Assembly: GCA_034004025.1 (NCBI GenBank)
Contig: JAVEXM010000002.1
Span: 38,083-102,082 of the forward strand
Source: Bacteroidales bacterium
Lineage (GTDB): Bacteria; Bacteroidota; Bacteroidia; Bacteroidales; VadinHA17
Reading direction: 5' to 3'
Length of the DNA stretch: 64,000 bases
Shown here: positions 39,871 through 48,339 of the stretch, piece by piece
Numbering within the stretch: position 1 is the first letter of the stretch
Layout: every line of letters starts with the position of its first letter
The notes under the pieces: generated by a model
What the model was told of the DNA's origin: nothing
The model's input: only the letters and a program-made list of their open reading frames with translations
Databases searched by the model: none
Made by a program: the position numbers and the translations under genes

Positions 39871-39911
39871 ACCGCTCATGGCATGAAGCCATGGGCGGTT
39901 TTCTTTTTTTT
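39871..39911 (+). terminator. Rho-independent terminator after tRNA-His
   Basis: CCGCTCATGGC (39872-39882) pairs with GCCATGGGCGG (39888-39898), followed by a T-rich run. Confidence 0.75.
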
Positions 39912-40133
39912 GAGGCATGAAGCCTGTTTCAGGGTGTACACGGTAACAAATCCGGCATATGATCGTTTAAAAGTATACCGGCTATAGAGAAATGGGGTTG
40001 TCAAATCAGATTTATCATACTTTTGAACTATATGACCCGTTAATTCTCTATAGACATAAACAAATAGTTTTGGCAGATTGTACTGACCAGGCTCCTGCCT
40101 CTGACTGACAATAGGAAAATAAACCGTGAAGAC

Positions 40134-40901
40134 ATGAAAAACAGAGCATTGTTATTGACAGCATTCACCCTTATGCTTACAGCATTCTTCTCCTGTACGC
40201 CGGAAGCAGAAGAGGATCCGGTAGAATTCAGCCTAAATGGCCCCATTGAGGTTTTTCAGACGGAAACCGCTGATTACACTGTGATTCCGGCAGCAGAACA
40301 GCCAGGAACAAGATGGGAGTGGTTCGTGGAAGGTGCGAGCCTGAGCGGTGTAAGTGCAGACACAAGGACTGCGACTGTAAGCTTCCCCAACATGCCTCCC
40401 GAAGACAGTGTCTTCATAGCTGCCACTGCCATTACTTCAGGAGGATCCGTCTCATCTCCAAAGGTGTTAGGGGTGTATGTTGAACCATTCTGCGTACTGG
40501 ACCTTAATGCTTACATCGGTTTATTCTCATGCGACGAGGCAGGCTATGACATCTACCCTGTGACCTTCACCAAACATCCGACGATGGCCAATACCATTGT
40601 GAACGATAACTTCTGGGACTTTGCTGCCGAAGGAGCAGTCGTCTATTATACCCTGTCAGGTGACTTCCTCGAGGAGGTGACTGTCCCCAGGCAGGATTTC
40701 GAGTTTGGCGACGGGTATGTAGGCTGGGTCGAGGGAAGCGGCACATATGACGGGTGCAACAATACTATGTCAATTGAAAATAAAGTATTCTATGAAGGGG
40801 CAGAATACACTATCTATCACAGCTTTGCCCCCGCAACAAAAGGCACAGTATACAATATCACCATAAAAAAGAGCAAGGAATATTTTAACAGGTACAGGTA
40901 G
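40134..40901 (+). CDS. Lipoprotein of unknown function
   Basis: Lipobox LTAFFSC followed by the acidic stretch TPEAEEDP. 255 aa. No family recognised. Confidence 0.6.
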   Translation: MKNRALLLTAFTLMLTAFFSCTPEAEEDPVEFSLNGPIEVFQTETADYTVIPAAEQPGTRWEWFVEGASLSGVSADTRTATVSFPNMPPEDSVFIAATAITSGGSVSSPKVLGVYVEPFCVLDLNAYIGLFSCDEAGYDIYPVTFTKHPTMANTIVNDNFWDFAAEGAVVYYTLSGDFLEEVTVPRQDFEFGDGYVGWVEGSGTYDGCNNTMSIENKVFYEGAEYTIYHSFAPATKGTVYNITIKKSKEYFNRYR

Positions 40902-40904
40902 CAG

Positions 40905-41038
40905 GGGCAATGGCTCCTCTACCCGTATAGAGGTCAGGCAGTATCTGTTCTTCCTGTCCGCTTCAGGCCCGGCCACAGGTCAGGCGACATCAGTTCTTCC
41001 CTTCTGCTCCAGACCTTGAGAGAGGTCCTGCAGTCAGC
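40905..41038 (+). repeat. Degenerate tandem repeat (46-nt period, about 2.3 copies) between convergent gene ends, related to the tRNA-Pro island repeats
   Basis: Units begin at 40931, 40977 and 41023 (AGGTCAGGC...ATC..TTCTTCC...CAG). They are preceded by GGGGCAATGGCTCCTCT, which resembles GGGCAATAGTCTCTCCTCT at 63506. Confidence 0.7.
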
Positions 41039-41049
41039 TGATAAAAGGT

Positions 41050-44000
41050 TTATTTCCGCTCTGCTGAGATCTGACCGTACCTGTACCGTGCTGCAACAGC
41101 TACCGCTACAAGTACTCCCACAGCTATGTAAACAAAGACGGGCACAGGTACCGGGTCACCCCCGGCATAGGAATGGAGTCCCGACAGGTAATAGTTGACA
41201 CCGAAATAGGTCATCAGCACCGAGGATAGTGCAAACAGCGACAGGAGGTTAAAGGTATAGGTCTCCTTCATGCCGGGTATCATGCGCGAGTGTGTCACCA
41301 GCGTATAGACAATGATGGTGATCAGTGACCATGTCTCCTTGGGATCCCAGCCCCAGTAGCGTCCCCACGACTCATTGGCCCAGACAGCCCCCAGGAAAGT
41401 GCCGACAGTCAGGAAATAGAGCCCGAGGGTCAGCGACCTGTAGTTGATGACCGTTATCTCATCAATTACGGAGCTTATCCGTTCGCGGTTGCTGCTGTTG
41501 ACAAACAACATCATTATCAGCACTATCAGTCCCAGTATGGCTCCCAGCCCCAGGAACCCGTAGCTGCCTGTTATGACCGATACATGGAGTGTCAGCCAGT
41601 ACGACTTCAGCACCGGTACCAGGTTGGTGATCTCCGGATCCATGAAACTGAGATGCGCCACCATCAGTGTCAGTCCTGCCAGCACCGCCGTTGCCGCCAG
41701 CGTCAGCAGCGACCTCCGGCTGAAGATCAGACCGGCAAGCAGTGTTACCCACGATATGAACAGCATCGACTCATATCCGTTGCTCATCGGTGAGTGACCC
41801 GAGATGTACCACCTGATGCCAAGCCCCAGCGTGTGAAAAATAAATCCGCCGGCGATAAGTGCAGCCGGTATCTTCAGCAATACCCCCGACTGTTCTCTTC
41901 CCCTGATGATGAAGGTGATGATGACGGTTATCATTATCAGGCCAACGGTGGCATACCACGGGAAGAGCTTCTCAAATATCTTCGCCCTGTAATAGAACAG
42001 CTCCGCCTTCACCTTACCTGATGAAGGAAGCTCATAGCCGGCATGAACCCGCTGGTACTGCTTCAATGCCGAGAGAAAATCGTCAGGGTCAGCCGTGCCT
42101 TTTACGACGCTAGTGACCGACTGCACCCACATGGGTACCACGCTTATCACAAAGAGTGAGTCTTCCATGCCTATCTCATGCCTGGCGGCATCCTGAGCCA
42201 TCCCCCAGTGATCAGTACCGTCTCTCAGTGGGAATATGCGCATGAACTCACCCTTTGACATCATATAGCAAATGTTCACCCGCTCGTCCACCTTTATCAC
42301 CTCCTTGTCGAACCTGCTGCGCTCACTCTCAGCCTTTGCATAGGCCTTCTCAACGTAGGCTGACAACCTGTAACCGCCCCCCTCACCGAAGGTGACGATA
42401 TCGGAAAATGCAGCGCGCTCTCCGCTAAGTCCCAGCATCTGACGGAGCTCCTCATTTGACACCCTGATCAGAGGCACCTGCTGCCAGTGGTAGAAATCCA
42501 GAGAACAGCCAATGAAGACCTGCATTGGTGAGAGGCCGTCAAGGGTGTTCTCCCGTGCCACCTTGCGCAGTATGTCACTGCTCACAGTATAGAGAGGTTT
42601 CGTACGTCCCTTCTGATCCTGCACCAGCACCCCGCCAAAGCTGTCTGCAGCATCTTTGTCCAGCACCAGCTTCTGAGCGCTGACCGGCATCAGGGAGGCA
42701 GCAAGTGCCAGAATTATCACTGCTGCCGGCTTGCGGTATCTGCTGTTCCAGTAGCCGGGCCTCACTGTCCGGAAGAACGACCGCCTGTTCAGCAGGGTAA
42801 GGACGATGAACAGGAACAGTAGTCCGTAGCCGGCATATGTCGTAAGCATGCCTGCCGGGTCATGGTTCACCGACAGCACCGTGCCCATTTCGTCAGGGTC
42901 GTAAGACGACTGATAGAAGCGAAATCCCCGGTATTTAAGAATATGATTCATGTAAATGTCATACTGAAATCGGGTCTCATTTTCAGCATCAGCCAGGGTC
43001 ACCCTGCTTTTGAATCCTGACGGACTGTTTGAGCCGGGATAGCGATCAATCATAAAATCATCAAGGATAAGGCTGAAAGGGAGTTGCTTCATGATGCTGC
43101 CGTAACTTACCTTCACCTTCACGCTGCCCTCATCACCCTGCCATACCGATCCCCCTTGAGCCTCGTCGGTCCACAGGTATATCTTCCGTTCATAACCTGC
43201 TCCTGACAGTGTGCATTCAATGGCTCCCTCGGGACTTTCGCTGACCCTGTCAGGTGCCGGCACCACGGTGCCGTTCATGATAAGTTGCTGAGGCATTATG
43301 CGATAGCCTCCCACGGTGTAGACGGTTCCCTTTGACAGTGGTATCAGCGTGTCGGGAGCAAATATCATGGTTTGCATGTCCTGCATGCTGGTTGAACGGA
43401 TCTCCATGACGGACCTGATAAAGAATGCCGGGCTGTCACTGATCACGCTGATAACGGCATCAGTGTCCAGTCCGATTGACATCTCTCCTATCATGCCTGT
43501 CTCGCCCTGTTGAAGCACAATCATCTGACTGCTGACCATATCAGGGGTGGCAAGGAATGCTGCCACAGGTACTCCGTCGGGCGACTCCTCCACCTCTTTC
43601 ACAGCACCCGGAATGAATCTCTCCATCCTTAGGGTTATCTCTTCATCCCCTGCCTTGAGCATCTTTTTAAAGCGGCCGGCGCGCACCCCTGTCATGTCTA
43701 CGGGTGCAGAGTGGCTGGACAGTACCCTTCCGTCAGGGTCACTCACCTCGAATCTCACTTCATCGCCTGATGACCAGGTCAGAGAGGTGGTCTCTCCCTC
43801 CCTGATGTGCATCATGCCGTCATAGCCTGTATATCTTGTTATTGCTGCCCCGATGACCATCACAATGAAGGCGGCATGGAACAGCATAACCGTCAGTTTT
43901 TCCTTGCGGTAGAGCCTGAATGTTACGATCTGGCCTGCGAGGTTTACAACCAGGAGCAGGAAAAGCAGCTCAAACCAGCGGGCATTGTAGATCAGCGCCC

Positions 44001-44118
44001 TGGCACTGTCGGCACCAAAGTCATTTTCAATGAATGTGGCAACAGCCATCGCAATGGCAAGCACAATGAAAAGTATGCCCATCAATGCGGGCGTAAACAA
44101 AAACCTGATTGTCTTCAT
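41050..44118 (-). CDS. ccsBA: System II cytochrome c biogenesis protein, fused CcsB(ResB)-CcsA(ResC)
   Basis: 1022 aa. ResB-like N-terminus (TM helices plus a large periplasmic loop) and a C-terminal CcsA with the WWD motif WGRYWGWDPKETW. Confidence 0.9.
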   Translation of the reverse strand: MKTIRFLFTPALMGILFIVLAIAMAVATFIENDFGADSARALIYNARWFELLFLLLVVNLAGQIVTFRLYRKEKLTVMLFHAAFIVMVIGAAITRYTGYDGMMHIREGETTSLTWSSGDEVRFEVSDPDGRVLSSHSAPVDMTGVRAGRFKKMLKAGDEEITLRMERFIPGAVKEVEESPDGVPVAAFLATPDMVSSQMIVLQQGETGMIGEMSIGLDTDAVISVISDSPAFFIRSVMEIRSTSMQDMQTMIFAPDTLIPLSKGTVYTVGGYRIMPQQLIMNGTVVPAPDRVSESPEGAIECTLSGAGYERKIYLWTDEAQGGSVWQGDEGSVKVKVSYGSIMKQLPFSLILDDFMIDRYPGSNSPSGFKSRVTLADAENETRFQYDIYMNHILKYRGFRFYQSSYDPDEMGTVLSVNHDPAGMLTTYAGYGLLFLFIVLTLLNRRSFFRTVRPGYWNSRYRKPAAVIILALAASLMPVSAQKLVLDKDAADSFGGVLVQDQKGRTKPLYTVSSDILRKVARENTLDGLSPMQVFIGCSLDFYHWQQVPLIRVSNEELRQMLGLSGERAAFSDIVTFGEGGGYRLSAYVEKAYAKAESERSRFDKEVIKVDERVNICYMMSKGEFMRIFPLRDGTDHWGMAQDAARHEIGMEDSLFVISVVPMWVQSVTSVVKGTADPDDFLSALKQYQRVHAGYELPSSGKVKAELFYYRAKIFEKLFPWYATVGLIMITVIITFIIRGREQSGVLLKIPAALIAGGFIFHTLGLGIRWYISGHSPMSNGYESMLFISWVTLLAGLIFSRRSLLTLAATAVLAGLTLMVAHLSFMDPEITNLVPVLKSYWLTLHVSVITGSYGFLGLGAILGLIVLIMMLFVNSSNRERISSVIDEITVINYRSLTLGLYFLTVGTFLGAVWANESWGRYWGWDPKETWSLITIIVYTLVTHSRMIPGMKETYTFNLLSLFALSSVLMTYFGVNYYLSGLHSYAGGDPVPVPVFVYIAVGVLVAVAVAARYRYGQISAERK

Positions 44119-44139
44119 GAAACTGATTTGTGTGCAAAA

Positions 44140-44835
44140 CTAGCCCTTTTCTGAGATAACGCGCAACTTGTCCTTGTCAAGGATCTTGACTGAGCGAGGC
44201 ATGGCCCTGATGATCTTTTCATTCTCCAGCTCGCCCAGGATCCTGACAACGCTTTCCTTGGCCATATTTGTCATCTCTCCGATCTCCTGACGTGTCAGGA
44301 GCATCTCATAATCATCCGAGTGGAAAACCTCATCCGCAAAGTAAAGAAGTGCTTCAGCCAGTCTGCCATGCATCTTTTTCTGGGTAAGGTTTAAAATCTT
44401 CTGATGCATCCGGAATGCCTTCTCACTCAGATCTTCTATGAACCCAAGGGCAAATCCCGGGTTTCCGGCAATTATCGTACGGATCACGTCAAAACTGATG
44501 AAACAGGCCTGTACATGAGTTATTGCAGCTACTGAATAGCAGTAGCGCGAATTCACATGGACACCCGGGCCGGCCAGTAATGTAGAGTGCTCGGCAAGAT
44601 TGATCAGCAGGTTTCTGCCGGAATAACCCTCCATGTAGACTTTTGCCAGCCCGGAGGTGAGGAAAATGGCATTTGATGACGGGGATCCCTGCTTGATTAT
44701 TATTTCCGAAGGATTAAAACTGGCCTCGTAACGGTTCCTGTTTACCAGTTCAAGCTCCTCCGCTGACAGACCCTTAAAATTGGCCCAGCATCTGTTGCAG
44801 ACCTCACAGCCTGAAATAACATTTTCGCTATACAT
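44140..44835 (-). CDS. Crp/Fnr family transcriptional regulator with N-terminal Cys cluster (FNR-like)
   Basis: cNMP-binding-like beta-roll and C-terminal HTH (ESVVRILGELENEKII). Cysteines at positions 10, 13 and 16 (CEVCNRC), plus 99 and 111. Confidence 0.85.
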   Translation of the reverse strand: MYSENVISGCEVCNRCWANFKGLSAEELELVNRNRYEASFNPSEIIIKQGSPSSNAIFLTSGLAKVYMEGYSGRNLLINLAEHSTLLAGPGVHVNSRYCYSVAAITHVQACFISFDVIRTIIAGNPGFALGFIEDLSEKAFRMHQKILNLTQKKMHGRLAEALLYFADEVFHSDDYEMLLTRQEIGEMTNMAKESVVRILGELENEKIIRAMPRSVKILDKDKLRVISEKG

Positions 44836-44913
44836 CAGGATACATATTAAATTTCAAAGCTAATTACGAACATCATTATTGAGCCATAAATATAACAAAT
44901 ATCATATTTCCCC

Positions 44914-44927
44914 TTGACTTATATCAA
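44914..44927. promoter_or_regulatory. FNR/CRP-type palindromic box TTGACTTATATCAA
   Basis: Matches TTGAT-N4-ATCAA at 9 of 10 specified positions. It lies in the divergent spacer between the regulator and the six-haem gene. Confidence 0.55.
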
Positions 44928-45120
44928 TCCATTGCCTCGTACTTATCAATCTGTTGTGATTGAAATATCAATGGCAAACAGTAAGCACCGATCGAGGGTC
45001 TTGCTAACTTTCAGAACAGAAATTATGAGAGGGACACGCCCTGACCTTAATGTACCGGATAACATAAACAGAATGGCAAAATCCGGGGGTGTCATCATTC
45101 ATGAAAATAAAAATATCCAT

Positions 45121-46182
45121 ATGAAAAGAAATCTTAACCTTATCGCGATCCTGATTGCTGCAGTCATGGTAATGTCTTCCTGTGAGGGTCCCATGGGTCC
45201 GATCGGTGAGGATGGGGAAAAAGGCGACCAGGGAGAACCGGGGACGACGCTTGCCTGTGCCGATTGCCATAACAGCAACAGTCAGATGACAGCCTTCTCT
45301 GCCCAGTGGGCAGAATCGACGCATGCCACAGGAGGGAATGCCGCCTACGCGAACAGAGACGGATGCGTACAGTGTCACACAAGCCAGGGCTTTCTCGAGT
45401 ATGTAGCCGAAGGCTCGGTGGCAGACATCTCCGTACCACAGAATCCGATGCAGATCAACTGCTTCACCTGCCACAAGATCCATGAGACATACTCTTCGGA
45501 TGACTGGGCTCTCACCAAGCCCGGGGCTCAGACACTCGATGTCAAGTATGCAGGTGCCGATGTCGTATGGGATAAAGGTTCGAGCAATCAGTGCGTCTTC
45601 TGCCATCAGTCGCGCAATGTTTCACCTGCTCCTGCAGTTAACGGTACCGACTTTGAAATAACGAACAACCGTATGGGTCCGCACCACGGTCCCAACGCCA
45701 ACCTGATACTTGGAAAAACACCGTTTGAACTGCCAGGAGCCCAGGCTCCGGCAAACAATCCTCACTCCACGGCAAACGGATGTGTTACATGCCACATGTC
45801 AGCCCCATACGGATACCAGGCCGGGGGGCATAACATGGGTGTCTGGTATGACAACCACGGTAGCGAGACAATGCTGAAGACAGGCTGCACGACATGTCAC
45901 TCCAACTCAACCACACTTACAGCAATGATAAACTCATTGACTGATGATATCAGCGACAGGATGGAGGATCTGGAGGCTCAGCTCGTTGCCGCAGGTGTAT
46001 ACAATACCACAACAGAGCTGGCCAATAAGGGAACATTTGCAGCAAATGCGGTACTGGCTTACCTGAACTACAACACTGTAAAGGAAGACCGCAGCAACGG
46101 ACTCCACAATCCCGAATACATCAGGGTACTGCTCGACAATTCGATCGCTGCCATGACAGCCCTGGGATACCCTGCTCCTTAA
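45121..46182 (+). CDS. Six-haem c-type cytochrome lipoprotein with collagen-like Gly-X-Y stalk
   Basis: The ATG at 45121 gives MKRNLNLIAILIAAVMVMSSC (lipobox). GPMGPIGEDGEKGDQGEPG follows, then six CxxCH motifs (CADCH, CVQCH, CFTCH, CVFCH, CVTCH, CTTCH). The track's 5' extension from TTG 44914 has no signal peptide. Confidence 0.8.
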   Translation: MKRNLNLIAILIAAVMVMSSCEGPMGPIGEDGEKGDQGEPGTTLACADCHNSNSQMTAFSAQWAESTHATGGNAAYANRDGCVQCHTSQGFLEYVAEGSVADISVPQNPMQINCFTCHKIHETYSSDDWALTKPGAQTLDVKYAGADVVWDKGSSNQCVFCHQSRNVSPAPAVNGTDFEITNNRMGPHHGPNANLILGKTPFELPGAQAPANNPHSTANGCVTCHMSAPYGYQAGGHNMGVWYDNHGSETMLKTGCTTCHSNSTTLTAMINSLTDDISDRMEDLEAQLVAAGVYNTTTELANKGTFAANAVLAYLNYNTVKEDRSNGLHNPEYIRVLLDNSIAAMTALGYPAP

Positions 46183-46203
46183 GAATAATAACAGAGAAAG
46201 CAC

Positions 46204-46242
46204 AAAAAAAGCTGTTCGCCGATTGGCGGACAGCTTTTTTTT
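46204..46242. terminator. Bidirectional hairpin terminator between convergent cytochrome genes
   Basis: A7-AGCTGTTCGCC-GATT-GGCGGACAGCT-T8. Confidence 0.8.
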
Positions 46243-46256
46243 ATGTCTTACAGGAA

Positions 46257-46673
46257 CTATTTTTTCAGTGATCTCATGTAGTTGACCATATTCCAGATAT
46301 CAGTATCAGGAATCTTTTTGTCGTAAGCAGGCATCTCACCTCTCCCGAATTTGGTCTGGTAGAAAATTTCGCCATCGGTATAGCCCTGGAAAGCGGCACC
46401 CGAGAAATCACCGGGGAATGTTTTGCACATTCTTCCCTTTGGTCCGTCACCGAGGCCTGTCTTTCCGTGACAGGAAGCACAGTTCCTGGCGTATGCCATC
46501 TGGCCGGCTTTGACTGAGGCGGCGTCTGCTGCAACAGGATTGGCCATCTTCTTGTATTCGGCAGGAATTTCCCAGGGTTCTCCCTTTTTCTGCTGTGCAT
46601 TTGCAGTGACTGACATGAAGCCAAATGAAGCTGCCAGGAACATTACTGAAATAATTTTAATTGATCTTTTCAT
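46257..46673 (-). CDS. Periplasmic monohaem class I-type cytochrome c
   Basis: Signal peptide, a single CASCH, and a distal GEMPAY Met-ligand-like motif. 138 aa. Confidence 0.85.
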   Translation of the reverse strand: MKRSIKIISVMFLAASFGFMSVTANAQQKKGEPWEIPAEYKKMANPVAADAASVKAGQMAYARNCASCHGKTGLGDGPKGRMCKTFPGDFSGAAFQGYTDGEIFYQTKFGRGEMPAYDKKIPDTDIWNMVNYMRSLKK

Positions 46674-46699
46674 AAAACGATATTTTAAATTAAACTCTA

Positions 46700-47320
46700 T
46701 TAGTGACTCTCCTGCCAGCCGGTAATAATACTCCTGAAATTGCTCAGGGGAGTCTTACCCATTGTACTGACATAGAGATGAATGAACAGGAATATAACCA
46801 CCAGGAATCCAAGAATGACATGGAACTGGTCCGTGAGAAAAATCCCGCTGAATCCCAGGAATTTCTTCAGTATGAATTCAGGGAACATCAGCGCCCACCC
46901 GGTGATGAAAAGCATGGGTAGGGCGAAATACATCACACCGACGTATGACACCTGCTGCAGTGGGTTGAATTTGCGTTCGCTGCTGACAGGGAATGGCGCC
47001 TCTTCACCTTTGAAGTAGCCGTATGCATAATAGCGTCCCTGTTTCCAGAGCCGCTTCCCCAGGCCCTTCATGCCCAGGAGGTAGTGTTTGCCGTTGGAGG
47101 TGAAGAGATTTCCAAAGAGAAACAGTGTATAGCTTATCGTAAGAAGCACACCGCACACATTATGTATCGAGACCGCCCTCTGGAAATTAACAACAAGTGC
47201 GTTATCCGGGTCTGAATAGAGCATGCTGAACCCCGTCACAATCAGGAAGAGGCACAGGACTGCATTGGTAAGGTGCCAGAGCCGGACCCAGGCGGGATAG
47301 TGGTAAAAATTCTTACTCAT
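46700..47320 (-). CDS. Membrane b-type cytochrome (HydC/FdnI/PhsC-like, four conserved His)
   Basis: Four or five TM helices. His residues occur in RLWHLTN, SIHNVCG and FHVILGFLVVIFLFIHLY. The start overlaps the upstream stop by 8 nt. Confidence 0.7.
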   Translation of the reverse strand: MSKNFYHYPAWVRLWHLTNAVLCLFLIVTGFSMLYSDPDNALVVNFQRAVSIHNVCGVLLTISYTLFLFGNLFTSNGKHYLLGMKGLGKRLWKQGRYYAYGYFKGEEAPFPVSSERKFNPLQQVSYVGVMYFALPMLFITGWALMFPEFILKKFLGFSGIFLTDQFHVILGFLVVIFLFIHLYVSTMGKTPLSNFRSIITGWQESH

Positions 47321-48323
47321 GAACTTGCTCCTTAGGTTTAATAACTATCCTGAAGATGGTGTGCACCAGGGCAAATGCAAGAGTCATGCCAATAATCAGC
47401 AGCCCTGCAAAGGATATCAGCTTACTGCGGTTTGCACCTATCACGTATGAGTCATTCCTGAGCATTACCCCATTGACAAATCCCTTCTCATCGCGACTCT
47501 CCTTTGCGGCATATTTGTACAGTGTCCCCATCAGTATTGAGTTCTGGCTGTGGCAGTCAGTACATCCCCTGACGGCGCTGTCTGCCGGCATGACCTCATG
47601 AGCCACCAGAACGCTGTCATTCATGCGGGTATGGCAGTCAATACATCTCACCGCTTCCAGGTGACGCTCAACATCCGGCAGCCACTCATGCTTGGGAAGC
47701 ACTATCTCAACATTTTCATCGGTGATCAGTCCCATGACATCAGCATTGCTGTGACAACGTAGACACATCTCATTTGACCGGATTATGTATTCCCTGCCTC
47801 CCTGTGTCTGCCGGGCAAGAGGATTATAATAATGCGGGTCATGACACTTCCAGCATGTAATCAGGCCGTCTGTTGCAGTATAGTGAACACTCTTCTGATA
47901 CTCCTCGTCGATCTTCTCAAACCCGTACTGTTCATAGTTCGGATCATAACCGTGACAGTCAATACATCCCCACGATGTTTCAAACCGGGCCTCTATCGAA
48001 TGAGGAAAGATTTTGAAATCCTCTGAATGACAGTCGAGACAACTGAAACTCCAGTGAACTGAGTTATAGAACATCCCCGGTATGACCAGGTTTTGCTCCG
48101 ACATCAGCTGCTTCCGTGTCATCCCCATCAATGTATCAGTAAGGGTGTAAATTAGCTTCCCGTGACACACAAGGCAATTGGTCTCGTTATCTTCGGCATA
48201 GAGGCTCAGTTCAGCTCCCCTTGTAACATGGAGGCTGTCCTGATATTCCGCCCGGGCAATTGCCTGGTGCGAGAAGACGAAGAATATAACTGTCAGACAA
48301 ACAGAATATCTAGTTAAGATCAT
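47313..48323 (-). CDS. Seven-haem c-type cytochrome with C-terminal membrane anchor
   Basis: N-terminal signal and seven CxxCH motifs (CLVCH, CLDCH, CIDCH, CWKCH, CLRCH, CIDCH, CTDCH). C-terminal TM helix LISFAGLLIIGMTLAFALVHTIF. Confidence 0.8.
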   Translation of the reverse strand: MILTRYSVCLTVIFFVFSHQAIARAEYQDSLHVTRGAELSLYAEDNETNCLVCHGKLIYTLTDTLMGMTRKQLMSEQNLVIPGMFYNSVHWSFSCLDCHSEDFKIFPHSIEARFETSWGCIDCHGYDPNYEQYGFEKIDEEYQKSVHYTATDGLITCWKCHDPHYYNPLARQTQGGREYIIRSNEMCLRCHSNADVMGLITDENVEIVLPKHEWLPDVERHLEAVRCIDCHTRMNDSVLVAHEVMPADSAVRGCTDCHSQNSILMGTLYKYAAKESRDEKGFVNGVMLRNDSYVIGANRSKLISFAGLLIIGMTLAFALVHTIFRIVIKPKEQVHE

Positions 48324-48339
48324 TTTTTGCCTGGTTGGA

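Noticed and set aside
44959-44972. Second palindrome ATTGAAATATCAAT in the regulator/six-haem spacer as another FNR box
   Set aside because: The TTGA and TCAA half-sites are separated by 4 nt instead of the 6 nt required by TTGAT-N4-ATCAA, so the spacing does not fit an FNR/CRP dimer.
44914-45120. 5' extension of the six-haem ORF (track start TTG 44914). The same issue applies to the 49569-49691 extension of the monohaem lipoprotein ORF and the 31426-31545 extension of pyrE.
   Set aside because: The extensions lack signal peptides or run into regulatory boxes or the divergent gene. Internal ATGs give canonical lipoprotein signal peptides or the conserved PyrE N-terminus.
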